The notes: generated by a model from the sequence alone, not told the origin. A stretch of 64,000 bases of DNA from Nitrospira sp. (GCA_047150005.1 AP038806.1:1568001-1632000); one strand, 5' to 3'. Numbered from the stretch's first letter, positions 49,947 to 59,626 are shown. Numbers and translations are program-made.

Positions 49947-50804
49947 ATGAAAGTCGTCATCGGTGTCGATTGGTCGGAGGATGCCTTCACAGCTGTTCAG
50001 CAGGTCTTTCAGCTGTACCGCCCTACGGAGGTCGCGCTCGCGCATGGGATCGACCTAGGCATCTTCGACTATCCGATGCTGGCCCAAGCGGCGAGCATCC
50101 AGGGGTATGAAGACTTCGTTGGCGCCCTGACGGACGCCGGTCGGCAGGTCTTGGATCGCGCCGCGGGCTTGCTGCCGGCCGGGTTCGGAGCGGTGAAGAA
50201 GATCAACGAGGTGGGCCATCCGGTTGAACTGATCCACCGGTCGGCGAAAACCGTGCAGGCCGATCTCGTGGTGGTCGGCGCGCGGGGTCGCTCGCGATTG
50301 GCTGAAGTCTTCCTGGGAAGCGTGTCTCATCGCGTCGCCATGCAGGCCGACCGTGCCACGTTGATCGTCAAGGGCGCGATGAAGCCGGTACGGCGGGTGT
50401 TGGTCGCGGTGGAAGGACAGGACGACGGAATTCGCATTGCGCGCTGGCTCACGGCCTACCCGTTCTCGCATCCGGTCGAGGTCTGCGTGTTGAACGTGCT
50501 GGCGCCTGTCGGTCCGGCGGACCCCTACGACAGCGCGGCCTTTCACGAGTGGTCGGCGGCGGCGAAAACCGCCGCGGAAGATGCGGTCAAAACTGCGGGG
50601 GCTGCCCTCCTATCCACGCACTACACGGTCAGCACGAGTGTCGTGACCGGAGATGTGGCGGCGGCCGTCGCCGCGGAGGCGAAAGACCGGGACCTTGTCG
50701 TGGTCGCCTCCCATGGGCGTCACGGCGTCGATCGACTGCTGATGGGGAGCGTCTCGCACGCGATCCTGCACCGCGTTGCCGGTTCTGTACTGGTTGTCCG
50801 CTGA
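49947..50804 (+). CDS. Universal stress protein (tandem USP domains)
   Basis: Motifs GARGRSRL...GSVS and SHGRHG...GSVS. Confidence 0.93.
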   Translation: MKVVIGVDWSEDAFTAVQQVFQLYRPTEVALAHGIDLGIFDYPMLAQAASIQGYEDFVGALTDAGRQVLDRAAGLLPAGFGAVKKINEVGHPVELIHRSAKTVQADLVVVGARGRSRLAEVFLGSVSHRVAMQADRATLIVKGAMKPVRRVLVAVEGQDDGIRIARWLTAYPFSHPVEVCVLNVLAPVGPADPYDSAAFHEWSAAAKTAAEDAVKTAGAALLSTHYTVSTSVVTGDVAAAVAAEAKDRDLVVVASHGRHGVDRLLMGSVSHAILHRVAGSVLVVR

Positions 50805-50890
50805 GGCGGCGCAGGCTTCGGGAGACGCATCAGCACCGAGTCTGCTGAGACCGGACTCGGCGGGTTCTGCCGGGGTTCGGCGACAGCGGC

Positions 50891-51162
50891 TAGCCCACAT
50901 TATTCATGACGGTTCGTGACGAAACCGCCAAGACGCCAGGCGAGACCGGCACGCGGAGCCACGAGGAAGGAAGGCATACTTGACGCAGTATGTCGACCGA
51001 CCGAGCGGCGAGCCTGCCATACCGCACTTCGTGTGAGCCGGCGGCTCATCGGGCGCAGCCCATCTTCATGGTCGCCGCCGGAGAGACACCTTCGTCCCCC
51101 CAAGCCTGTCGCAGCGGCGTATCGGCGGTTGCAGTAGAAGCGTTCATGAATAATGTGGGCTA
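50891..51162. mobile_element. MITE-like element, long copy (272 bp)
   Basis: TIR TAGCCCACATTATTCATGA at both ends; homologous to 13899-14043. Confidence 0.85.
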
Positions 51163-51546
51163 GGGAAGGGTCTTGAGCCAGGCCAGAATGTCGGCCAGTT
51201 GCCCATCGGTGATCGAACCCTTCAAAGGCGGCATCATATGCCGTCCTTCGTGCACGATCTTTCGGAAGGCCTGCTCATTCGACAGCAGGGGGTTGCCCGC
51301 CAAACGGGGACCAATGTTTCCCTCCGCTTTCGCGCCGTGGCACACGATGCAACTGGCACCGTACAGCTCCTTTCCCCGAGGGGCGTCTCCGGCGGAAGAC
51401 CCTGAGACGGTCCCGGCCACACGGTGCCTGTCGCTATCTTGAAGGCCGCCATCGTTCGCCAGCGAGACGTTGCCGTGCGCGACGATGGCCGTCGCCATGA
51501 AGCTCAGTGATAGGATTAAGGCTCTCGGTACCCGGTGAATCGACAT
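51160..51546 (-). CDS. Monoheme c-type cytochrome
   Basis: Signal peptide; CIVCH, GPRLAG and MMP. Confidence 0.88.
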   Translation of the reverse strand: MSIHRVPRALILSLSFMATAIVAHGNVSLANDGGLQDSDRHRVAGTVSGSSAGDAPRGKELYGASCIVCHGAKAEGNIGPRLAGNPLLSNEQAFRKIVHEGRHMMPPLKGSITDGQLADILAWLKTLP

Positions 51547-51587
51547 ACTGGCGATTGTCCTCTCCTGCATTTTCCGAATCAAGCCGA

Positions 51588-51872
51588 TCACCGGGATGTT
51601 GCGGCACCTTCCTGCCGGAGCAGCGCCAGGAAGGCCAACGTATCGGCAAGTTCCTGATCGGTTAAGGAGCAAGCTCCTTTCCCGTTGAACACCGCCCTTT
51701 CAGCCTCCACATGATTCCGCTGTTTGCCTGTGGACTCTCCGGAAGCGGGTTGCACCGGAACGAGGCAGAGGACCGCTCCGCCCAACAGGAGCAGTCGGAT
51801 CCACATATTGGCCCGCTGCAACCGGTGCGGTAATCCATCGATCAAGGTGTTTCCCGCTTCCTTCCGCGTCAT
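51588..51872 (-). pseudogene. Internally deleted c-type cytochrome
   Basis: Signal peptide, then AVFNGKGAC joined directly to the C-terminal helix SLTDQELADTLAFL; the heme motif is truncated. Confidence 0.65.
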
Positions 51873-51987
51873 GAGATCCCCTCCCTCAGGCGAGAGCGCC
51901 GCCGCCGTTGTGTTTATATTATGGTAGCTGCCTCGTCGCAGATGTTGCGCTGCTCCTGCAACGGTCGTCGCGTCGAGCTCATCGGTC

Positions 51988-52422
51988 TTACACATTTGCC
52001 CGTACCCAACGCACAATGTCCTGCGCTCCCAAGGCACCTGGTTGGCGTGCCAGTTCTCGGCCTCCGCGGAATGCCATCAGGGTTGGAATGCTGACGATGC
52101 GGAACCTGGTCGCAAGATCTCGTTCCTCCTCCGTGTTGACCTTGGCCAGCCGAATCTGAGGCTCCAATGTCCTGGCCGCCTGCTCGAACGCGGGTGCCAT
52201 CGTGAGGCATGGACCGCACCATGGTGCCCAGAAATCCACGACCAACGGAACGTCGGAGTGCGACGCATGGAGATCGAAGTCCGCAGCCGTCAGCCTGATC
52301 GGATGGCCGGTAAATAGCGGCACATGACACGAGCCGCAGTTGGGCCGGTCGGCTAGCCGCGTGGTCGGAACACGGTTGAGACTTCGACAGTGGGGACAGG
52401 CAATGTGGATCGTTTTGTTCAT
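51988..52422 (-). CDS. trxC: Thioredoxin 2 with N-terminal zinc finger
   Basis: CPHC...CGSC zinc finger; active site WAPWCGPC. Confidence 0.94.
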   Translation of the reverse strand: MNKTIHIACPHCRSLNRVPTTRLADRPNCGSCHVPLFTGHPIRLTAADFDLHASHSDVPLVVDFWAPWCGPCLTMAPAFEQAARTLEPQIRLAKVNTEEERDLATRFRIVSIPTLMAFRGGRELARQPGALGAQDIVRWVRANV

Positions 52423-52722
52423 CGACCGTCGCGCAAGCGCGCCTTTCCGTGGGCGGTCCCTCCCCTATTATGGCGTGTTTCCCTTGGCCGTGGCCACCCA
52501 CGCCTCTTCCGCGCCCCAGCGAACCGTCATCGGCTCGCCGGCGACACGTCCTTCACTCATACCAAGAAAGGTCCAGGTTTAGGTTCTGATGAATGACTCC
52601 ACAGTAAGCCAAGAGGCTCCATCCCTGGAACGCCACAGTTCCCTCCTAGTCATCCCCTGAAGCGCCTCGTCAACTCGTTGAATCTTCGGGAGTCGGCAGC
52701 TTCGACTGCTGGAATCTACGTG

Positions 52723-52738
52723 TGGCACTACCGATGCA
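52723..52738 (+). promoter_or_regulatory. Sigma-54 -24/-12 promoter
   Basis: TGGCACTACCGATGCA upstream of the small protein-Hsp20 genes. Confidence 0.55.
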
Positions 52739-52779
52739 CCCGGAAGGGTGCAGCCACGCACGTCAGCCCAGGGGGGCCC

Positions 52780-53010
52780 ATGGAAATCCGCGGGGATATC
52801 CGTCAGCGTCTGTTGGAGTTTGTAGGGCAGTCGCCCGGCTGCGATGTGGAGCAGATGTTATCCGCCTGCCCGGATTTGACGTGGAATCAGGTCTTTTTGG
52901 GATTGGACTGCTTGAGCAGATCAGGTGCGGTGGCGCTCAAGCAAGAAAGGCCGGGATGCTATTCAGTGGTGGCAGCGACGGAGAAAAGTTCAAACCTATT
53001 GCCCCATTAG
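52780..53010 (+). CDS. Small conserved hypothetical protein, paralogue of 26760-27065
   Basis: Motif CPDLTWNQVFLGLDCLSR. Confidence 0.7.
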   Translation: MEIRGDIRQRLLEFVGQSPGCDVEQMLSACPDLTWNQVFLGLDCLSRSGAVALKQERPGCYSVVAATEKSSNLLPH

Positions 53011-53042
53011 GGGCTCAAAGCATTAAGGAAGGAGGATAGGCC

Positions 53043-53516
53043 ATGGCGGGTCTAACAAGATGGGAACCGATCGCACGGTGGAGCCCGCTGAGGGATCTTG
53101 AGGAAATGGAAAAGCGTCTTTCGGGCGTGATCGGACGCGCCATTGGGATGCCCAATACCGAAAAAGAGGAAGCGATTTCGGTGGCCGAATGGTCGCCGAT
53201 GGTGGACATCACGGAGGATGAGAAAGAGTACGTCGTCAAGGCCGAAATCCCCGAAATGAAAAAAGAAGACATCAAGATCAAAGTTCACGACGACGTGCTG
53301 TCCATTTCCGGCGAGCGAAAGCATGAGAAAGAAGAGAAGGGCAAGAAGTATCACCGGGTCGAGCGGTCGTACGGAAGCTTTGTACGAAGCTTCACGCTGC
53401 CCGAGGACGCCGATGGATCCAAGATTGCCGCGGAATACAAGGACGGCCTCCTCAAGGTGCATTTGCCCAAGTCCGAAAAAGCACAATCAAGAGCTGTGGA
53501 GGTCAAGATTGTCTGA
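53043..53516 (+). CDS. Hsp20/alpha-crystallin small heat-shock protein
   Basis: Motifs PMVDITE, ERSYGSFVRSFTLP and YKDGLLKVHLPK. Confidence 0.95.
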   Translation: MAGLTRWEPIARWSPLRDLEEMEKRLSGVIGRAIGMPNTEKEEAISVAEWSPMVDITEDEKEYVVKAEIPEMKKEDIKIKVHDDVLSISGERKHEKEEKGKKYHRVERSYGSFVRSFTLPEDADGSKIAAEYKDGLLKVHLPKSEKAQSRAVEVKIV

Positions 53517-53747
53517 GGCTCCAAAAGGCCGGGACGAGGGAGGGCAGCATGATTCGCCATCCGCATTATCTCGAAGTTCCCTGGGAGATCCGCTGGCATG
53601 ACACGTCCGGCACAACGCATCGGCGTCTGTGGTGGCTGGTCGCCATTCTCGTATTGGCGGCGATGTTCATGATCGGTGTCGGCGTCCTTAGCGGAACGGT
53701 GTGAGCGTTCGTCTGATCGACGCGGTCGGGAGAAAGCCGAGTTTCTT

Positions 53748-54428
53748 GTGATTTTCCGAAATCGTCAAGAGGCGGGACAACGGTTAGCGGGCAAGCTGCA
53801 GCGGTATCGCGATGATCCGAACGGCCTGGTCCTCGCGCTGCCGCGCGGGGGCGTGCCGGTCGGCTATCAACTGAGCCTGGAACTCCATCTTCCTCTCGAC
53901 GTGTTCATTACGCGCAAGATCGGACTGCCCGAGAATCCCGAGTACGCCCTGGGCGCAATCAGCGAAACGGGCAATGTCTATTTGAATCCCGATGCCGTGG
54001 GCGAGTACCGTTTGTCCTACAAGGACATCGAGGATCTCGTGCAGATTCAACGGGAGGAGATCCGCCGACGGCGGCGGCTCTACCGGGGAGACCGGCCTTC
54101 TACACCGCTGAAGGATCGATGCGTCATTCTGACGGACGACGGCATCGCCACCGGCGCGACGTTCTTCGCCTCGGTAGCGGCCATTCGGAACGAATCTCCG
54201 CGCGCCTTGATCGCCGCCGTCCCGGTGGGTCCTGCGGAAACCATTGAGAAAGCCAGGTCTCTGGTGGATGACCTGGTGGTGCTCGCGATGCCGGAACCTT
54301 TCTGGTCCGTCGGAGAACACTATGCCGAGTTTGCCCAGGTGCCGGACGACGAGGTCGTGAAGTATCTCAATTCGGCGGATGCTTCGCATCGCGATCGGAT
54401 GAGACGGGCATCTTCACGGTTGAGTTGA
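53748..54428 (+). CDS. Phosphoribosyltransferase family protein
   Basis: Motifs FRNRQEAG, LALPRGGVPV and DDGIATGAT. Confidence 0.92.
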   Translation: MIFRNRQEAGQRLAGKLQRYRDDPNGLVLALPRGGVPVGYQLSLELHLPLDVFITRKIGLPENPEYALGAISETGNVYLNPDAVGEYRLSYKDIEDLVQIQREEIRRRRRLYRGDRPSTPLKDRCVILTDDGIATGATFFASVAAIRNESPRALIAAVPVGPAETIEKARSLVDDLVVLAMPEPFWSVGEHYAEFAQVPDDEVVKYLNSADASHRDRMRRASSRLS

Positions 54429-54497
54429 GCAGCGACGCGCCGACGCAGGCTTGTCACGGAGATCGTGCCGTTCACGACGATCAGGATGAGGATTGAA

Positions 54498-54525
54498 ACT
54501 CGGCACTCAGGACTCAGCACTGAGC
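54498..54525. repeat. Heptamer tandem repeat (ACTCAG[C/G])x4
   Basis: Units actcggc actcagg actcagc actgagc. Confidence 0.7.
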
Positions 54526-54554
54526 ACTATTGGAGCGACAAGGAAGGATGACTG

Positions 54555-55412
54555 ATGAAAATCGTGATGGGAGTGGACTGGTCGGAGGAGGCATTCACCG
54601 CGGTGAAGCAAGTTCTGCATCTCTATCACCCGACGGAGGCGATCCTGGTTCACGGCATCGAAATGGGCATCTTCGAATATCCGGCGCTCGCCCAGATCGC
54701 CAATCTGCAGGGGTATGAAGAGTTTCGCCGCACGCTGGCCGACGCGGGGAGGCAGGTTTTGGATCGGACGGAGCAAATGCTGCCTGTCGGCGCCGCGGCG
54801 ATCAAGCGGGTGAACGAGATCGGCAATCCCGCACGTCTGATTCTTGAAGAAGCGAAGACCATGCAGGCCGATCTGATCGCGGTCGGCGCGCGCGGAAGAG
54901 GCCGGCTGGCGGAGACGGTGCTGGGCAGCGTGTCTCATCGAGTGTTGATGCATGCGGCCTGTCCGACGCTGGTCGTCAGGGGTGAGGCCAGGCCGGCGCG
55001 GCGCGTGCTGGCGGCGGTGGAAGGAAAGGACGATGCCGAGCGCATCGTCCAATGGTTGCGATGTCACCCATTCATCAATCCAGTCGAACTCTGCGTCCTC
55101 AGCGTCGTCGTGCCGCTGAGAGCCGGTGGGCCGTTCATGGCGGCGGGCATTGAATCGTGGACGGCGGCGGCGCAGAGCTACGCTGAAGACCTGGTGAAAA
55201 GTGTCGCCGCATCCTTGTCGTCTCCCGCATACAGGGTCACGACCAGAGTGGCGACGGGTGAAGCAGCCGCTATGGTGGCGGAGCAAGCGAAGGATATGGA
55301 TCTCGTCGTCGTTGCTTCTCACCAGCGTCATGGAGTCGACCGCTTTCTCCTCGGAAGCGTGTCGCATTCCATCCTGCATCGGGTAGCCGGTCCCGTACTC
55401 GTCGTTCATTGA
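54555..55412 (+). CDS. Universal stress protein (tandem USP domains)
   Basis: Close paralogue of 49947-50804. Confidence 0.93.
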   Translation: MKIVMGVDWSEEAFTAVKQVLHLYHPTEAILVHGIEMGIFEYPALAQIANLQGYEEFRRTLADAGRQVLDRTEQMLPVGAAAIKRVNEIGNPARLILEEAKTMQADLIAVGARGRGRLAETVLGSVSHRVLMHAACPTLVVRGEARPARRVLAAVEGKDDAERIVQWLRCHPFINPVELCVLSVVVPLRAGGPFMAAGIESWTAAAQSYAEDLVKSVAASLSSPAYRVTTRVATGEAAAMVAEQAKDMDLVVVASHQRHGVDRFLLGSVSHSILHRVAGPVLVVH

Positions 55413-55422
55413 AAGGAGGAAC

Positions 55423-55785
55423 ATGAAAGTCACAGCCCTTCTCATCGCCCTCACGCTCGTGTTCGCCGCCGCCTTCGTGGCATCAGCCCAAACCGTCCGC
55501 GGGAACCCTCAGGAAGGCGAATCCATTTACCGGCAGCATTGCCTCCGTTGTCACGGAGAAAAGCTGGACGGAAGAGGTCCGGAGGCCGGTGATCTGATCG
55601 CCAAGCCCACGAATTTCCTTTCGCCCGCTGTGCGCAGCAAGTCTGATTGGGAGCTGCTCGTCACGATATCGAACGGCGCGCTCTTCACGCCCATGCACTC
55701 GTTCCGCGGCAAACTGAGCGATCAACAGATGCTGGATGTCCTGTCATACATCCGATCGGTTGCCCCGATCGATGCGGTAAGTTAG
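55423..55785 (+). CDS. Monoheme c-type cytochrome
   Basis: Signal peptide; CLRCH and TPMHSF; paralogue of 16360-16719. Confidence 0.9.
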   Translation: MKVTALLIALTLVFAAAFVASAQTVRGNPQEGESIYRQHCLRCHGEKLDGRGPEAGDLIAKPTNFLSPAVRSKSDWELLVTISNGALFTPMHSFRGKLSDQQMLDVLSYIRSVAPIDAVS

Positions 55786-55793
55786 CGTTTCAC

Positions 55794-57239
55794 TCATCGC
55801 CAGAGTTTGGCCGCGCGTCGGTCCAGCTTGGACCAGACGGCAGGCAGCGCCGCTCTCATCTTGCGGCGCCGCTCACATTGACGTTCGATGAGGCGCCCCA
55901 GGGAGACGGCTGCCAGCTTGCCTCGCGAATGTCGAAGCAACTTGCGGAACCGTTGCTCGAACACCACGGCATCCTGGTGTTCCCCCAGCAGGTCCTGCAG
56001 GTCCCGGATCCGACGGATGACACGCGTGGCCGGTTTACCGAGGGAAACCTCCGCCAGTTCGGTCGCGTACCGTGCCCGCTTCCCTTTGATGCGGATCTTG
56101 TGCAGCGCTTTGTCGCTCGCCTCGGAGCCGCCTTTTCGCATGGCGCGGTGGAGCTTGCGATACTCCGCGCGAGTGATCTCGAGCAACGAGACCGTATCCC
56201 CCGTGACCACCGGAGATTGCGCCGCGGCTTCCAATCGATCGAGCAGCGCAAGATAACGCTCGCTTTTGAGCGCCTGCAGCAGCAGATCGCGCGCCTCCAT
56301 TCGCTCGCGCTGTAATTCGTTGATCACCGGCTGAAGTGCCCGCCGTTCCGGAGGACGAAACGCGGCCCGTTCGGCGTTGAGATAGCTCAAGAGAACGTCG
56401 AGATCGCGCACGAAACCGAGCATGCGCCCCAGCCAGGCAAGTTCGTCTCCGAGCGACTCCGCCCATTCGGGGTTCAGCATTGGTGCCGCCGCACGGAGGT
56501 AAGCGCGGAGCCGCCTGGCCGCCACCCGCATTTGGTGAAGGTCCTCCGGGTCGCTGCCGAGGCGCGTGCCGGGATCATGTGACAGCAGTCTGGACGTTTC
56601 CCTGTGCAGCAGGGCTTTTACCTGCTCGATCGGCTCGGGGCCTGAGGGGGTCTGGCTGATCGGGGACGGCGGCCATCCCAGGATCCGGAAGAACTTCGGC
56701 CGCGGGTCCCCATCGCGCGCGCCGGCTTCGCGAAGCGGCTTCTCGATTCGCGCGAGGTCCTTTTCCGAGCCGTTGATGAGCTCGATTTCCACCTCATACA
56801 GATGATGGGTGACGCGTCGGCCGTCCAGCAAGGCGACGGCATCCATGACGACGTCGGCCAAGGGACCGTCGTCTCCCAAGACGCGGATCCCGGTCCGCTT
56901 CGTGCGAAGGCTGGCCAGAGGCTTGAGCGGCTGGCGGCGGCTGTGGGCAAGGAGAAGCTCGGTCAGTGAAGTGGGAGGACCGATGCGCTTGCCCGCGAAT
57001 TCCAATTCCAAGCGGGCACCTTCCCGGGGAAGCTTGAGCTGCCAGACGCCCGCGCGGGCCTCAGTCCGATAACGGAGCGTGATCCCGTTTTGTGCAAGCC
57101 GATGATCCTCGGTATCAAAATAGGTCGAGGTAAACGTCCGAGGCTTGATGGGTTCGCCGGGCAGATCCGGCAACCGAAATCCCCTGTCCACACCGAGCTT
57201 CGTTTCCCGCTCCAACGTTTGTTTCATGACCGGGTTCAT
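55794..57239 (-). CDS. CYTH + CHAD domain protein (polyphosphate-related)
   Basis: CYTH motifs ERETKL, YFDT and EVEIEL; CHAD motifs HQMRVAARRLR and LHKIRIKGKRARY. Confidence 0.92.
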   Translation of the reverse strand: MNPVMKQTLERETKLGVDRGFRLPDLPGEPIKPRTFTSTYFDTEDHRLAQNGITLRYRTEARAGVWQLKLPREGARLELEFAGKRIGPPTSLTELLLAHSRRQPLKPLASLRTKRTGIRVLGDDGPLADVVMDAVALLDGRRVTHHLYEVEIELINGSEKDLARIEKPLREAGARDGDPRPKFFRILGWPPSPISQTPSGPEPIEQVKALLHRETSRLLSHDPGTRLGSDPEDLHQMRVAARRLRAYLRAAAPMLNPEWAESLGDELAWLGRMLGFVRDLDVLLSYLNAERAAFRPPERRALQPVINELQRERMEARDLLLQALKSERYLALLDRLEAAAQSPVVTGDTVSLLEITRAEYRKLHRAMRKGGSEASDKALHKIRIKGKRARYATELAEVSLGKPATRVIRRIRDLQDLLGEHQDAVVFEQRFRKLLRHSRGKLAAVSLGRLIERQCERRRKMRAALPAVWSKLDRRAAKLWR

Positions 57240-57360
57240 ATGCGGAAGGCTCCGAACGCCGAGGTTGCAGTGGCCTCCTTCAGGGCAGTGTCTTAACCCG
57301 GGCCGGAATGTCGGTCACCTCTGCTGGTCCTTGCATCCGTCATGTCCTTTTCTCCTTCCG

Positions 57361-58434
57361 TCACTTCGGCAACTTCGGCATTTCGAACTTGATGGGCTCA
57401 CCGGTCAGCGCTTTCAGAAACGTGACCAGGTCGGTCTTCTCCTGTGGAGTCAGGCCGAGCGGTTTCATCATGGAGCTGAGGTTCGGATTCGGGCCGCCGC
57501 CTTGATCGAGAAAAGCCATGACCTCTTCGAGCGTTTTGAACAGGCCGTCGTGCATGTAGGGCGCGGTCTCGGTGATGCTTCGCAGCGTGGGCGTCTTGAA
57601 CGCCCCCTTGTCCTTCTCCTGCCTCGTGACATCGAAACGCCCGAAATCCTCCTTCATCGGCCCGACCTGCGCCACGCCCAGGTTATGAAACTGATTGTCG
57701 GTGAAATTTGGTCCGTTGTGACAGAGAATGCACCGCGCTTTCCCCTTGAACAGCGTCATCCCTCGGACCGCCGACTCGTCCATCGCCTTGCTGTCGCCCA
57801 GGACGTATTTATCAAACGCCGAATTCGTGGAAACGATCGTCCGTTCATAGGCGGCGATGGCTTCGGCGATTCCTTGAAGATTCACGTTCGTCCCGAAAAC
57901 CTCCCGGAACCGGTCTTGGTAGCCCTTGATCTTGGCGAGCTTCTTCACGACGTTCTCGTGCGTTTCCGCCATCTCGACGGGATTGGCGATCGGGCCGATC
58001 GCCTGTTCCTCGAGCGAACCGGCGCGGCCGTCCCAGAACTGGAGCGGATTGTGTCCCGTGTTATACACAGTCGGCGCTTGCCGCCCACCGATGCCTCCCC
58101 CTACACCGATCGAGGTCTGGCGAGGATCGGCAAATCCGGTCATCGGGTTGTGGCAGAACGCACAGGAGATGGCGTTATTCTTCGAGAGGCGGCCGTCGAA
58201 ATAGAGTTGCTTGCCCAGTTCCACCTTGGCTTTGTAGTTCAGGTTGGTGGAAGGAATCGGCACAACGGTGGGCATCGGCCCGATGTCCGGCACGGTGATA
58301 CCGTCCACGACAACCGTTCCGGCCGTTGCCGGCGACTGTGCCTGTACCCGACTTGAACCGATCGTCGCTCCGATCAACAAGCCGGCTGTGAGCCAGCCTA
58401 TCGTGGTAACAAGAACCCTTCTTCCGGTCATCAT
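57361..58434 (-). CDS. Di-heme cytochrome c peroxidase (CcpA/MauG family)
   Basis: Motifs CAFCH, QFWDGRA, CILCH, FKTPTLR and PYMHDG. Confidence 0.93.
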   Translation of the reverse strand: MMTGRRVLVTTIGWLTAGLLIGATIGSSRVQAQSPATAGTVVVDGITVPDIGPMPTVVPIPSTNLNYKAKVELGKQLYFDGRLSKNNAISCAFCHNPMTGFADPRQTSIGVGGGIGGRQAPTVYNTGHNPLQFWDGRAGSLEEQAIGPIANPVEMAETHENVVKKLAKIKGYQDRFREVFGTNVNLQGIAEAIAAYERTIVSTNSAFDKYVLGDSKAMDESAVRGMTLFKGKARCILCHNGPNFTDNQFHNLGVAQVGPMKEDFGRFDVTRQEKDKGAFKTPTLRSITETAPYMHDGLFKTLEEVMAFLDQGGGPNPNLSSMMKPLGLTPQEKTDLVTFLKALTGEPIKFEMPKLPK

Positions 58435-58699
58435 GTTTCCTCCCTCCTTGCAGTGACCTTCCCTGCTGCGACGCCTGAGATCTCTCGACCGGGCTTCACC
58501 GACCTCATGCTCAACGGTTCGCCGGCAGCCCTTGAGGTCAATACCGTATCATGGTCGGTCCCACTGCGCCATGCCGTGAGGCACGAGCCGCAACCGGCGC
58601 ACTGTGCCTCGCGGACAAGGCGTCTGTATGGCGAGCCGAGATGAAGATGAAATTGAGAGGATAGCACGCGACCCTTGGCGAGCAGCGGGCGTCACGTGA

Positions 58700-59248
58700 T
58701 CAGCGATCGCAGCGTTGACCTTCGCAGCCCCCCATCGAACCTCGATGCTCCATGCCGCTCGTCCCGCTGTCCGGACCTCCCATGCCTCGACCATGGCCTA
58801 TCCTGGCCGGCCCATGGCCGCCCGAGAAACTTCGTTCGTATTGAATGATCGACCAAATCTCTTCGTCCGACAACACCCCATCAAATCCGATCATGGCCGT
58901 GCCGGGTGAGCCGTGCTTGATCACCCAGAAGATCTCGCCCTCCGTCCGGTGCCGCCAGAATCCGTGATGATGAAAATTGCGGGGAGTGGGATTCAGTGAG
59001 GCGGCAACCGGCCCGTCTCCGGCTCCTGAAGTTCCGTGACAGTTGAAACAGGTGCCTTTGCCGTTGTAAAGCCCTTTGCCTTTCTCGACCGTTTCGGGGG
59101 AATCAGGCAGAGGACTCTTGAGCGCTCTGGCTTCGTCCAGCTTGCCGGCTGGTACCCGAGGCTGCATCATATGCCGCTCCGCCGCTCCTGCCCCGTCCAC
59201 CAAGACGCTTGACAGAATAAGCACAGCCAAAGTGGTCCGCCGCATCAA
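58700..59248 (-). CDS. Monoheme c-type cytochrome
   Basis: Motifs CFNCH and GSPGTAM; signal peptide. Confidence 0.88.
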   Translation of the reverse strand: MMRRTTLAVLILSSVLVDGAGAAERHMMQPRVPAGKLDEARALKSPLPDSPETVEKGKGLYNGKGTCFNCHGTSGAGDGPVAASLNPTPRNFHHHGFWRHRTEGEIFWVIKHGSPGTAMIGFDGVLSDEEIWSIIQYERSFSGGHGPARIGHGRGMGGPDSGTSGMEHRGSMGGCEGQRCDR

Positions 59249-59266
59249 AGTCGTTCGCCTTTCCGG

Positions 59267-59626
59267 TTAGAATGCGATGCTCTTTTCCCGCTCGGCCACG
59301 GCTTTGATGTAGTCCGGCATGCCCTTAATGGAAGCTCCTGCCACCAAATCTGATCCGCCGATCTGCCTCGCCACCGCGCAGGCTCCGCAGACCCAGATCG
59401 GGACCCCCGCAGCTTGCACGGCGGATAGAAGATCCTTTAACGGAGTCAGATTTACGCCTTGCACATGGTCGGCGGTTCCCTTGCGTCCCAAGGTCACGGC
59501 TTCGTTCCAGAGCCAGAGTACGACATCGTGGCCCTGCTCTTTCGCCGTCTTTGCAGCCATGAAAGGAAGGGTCGCCATCGTCGGATCGTCCGTGCCCCGG
59601 CTGCCTGAAATAATGAGACTCGCCAT
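59267..59626 (-). CDS. DsrE/DsrF-like family protein
   Basis: Motifs DDPTMATLPF, EAVTL and VCGAC. Confidence 0.87.
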   Translation of the reverse strand: MASLIISGSRGTDDPTMATLPFMAAKTAKEQGHDVVLWLWNEAVTLGRKGTADHVQGVNLTPLKDLLSAVQAAGVPIWVCGACAVARQIGGSDLVAGASIKGMPDYIKAVAEREKSIAF

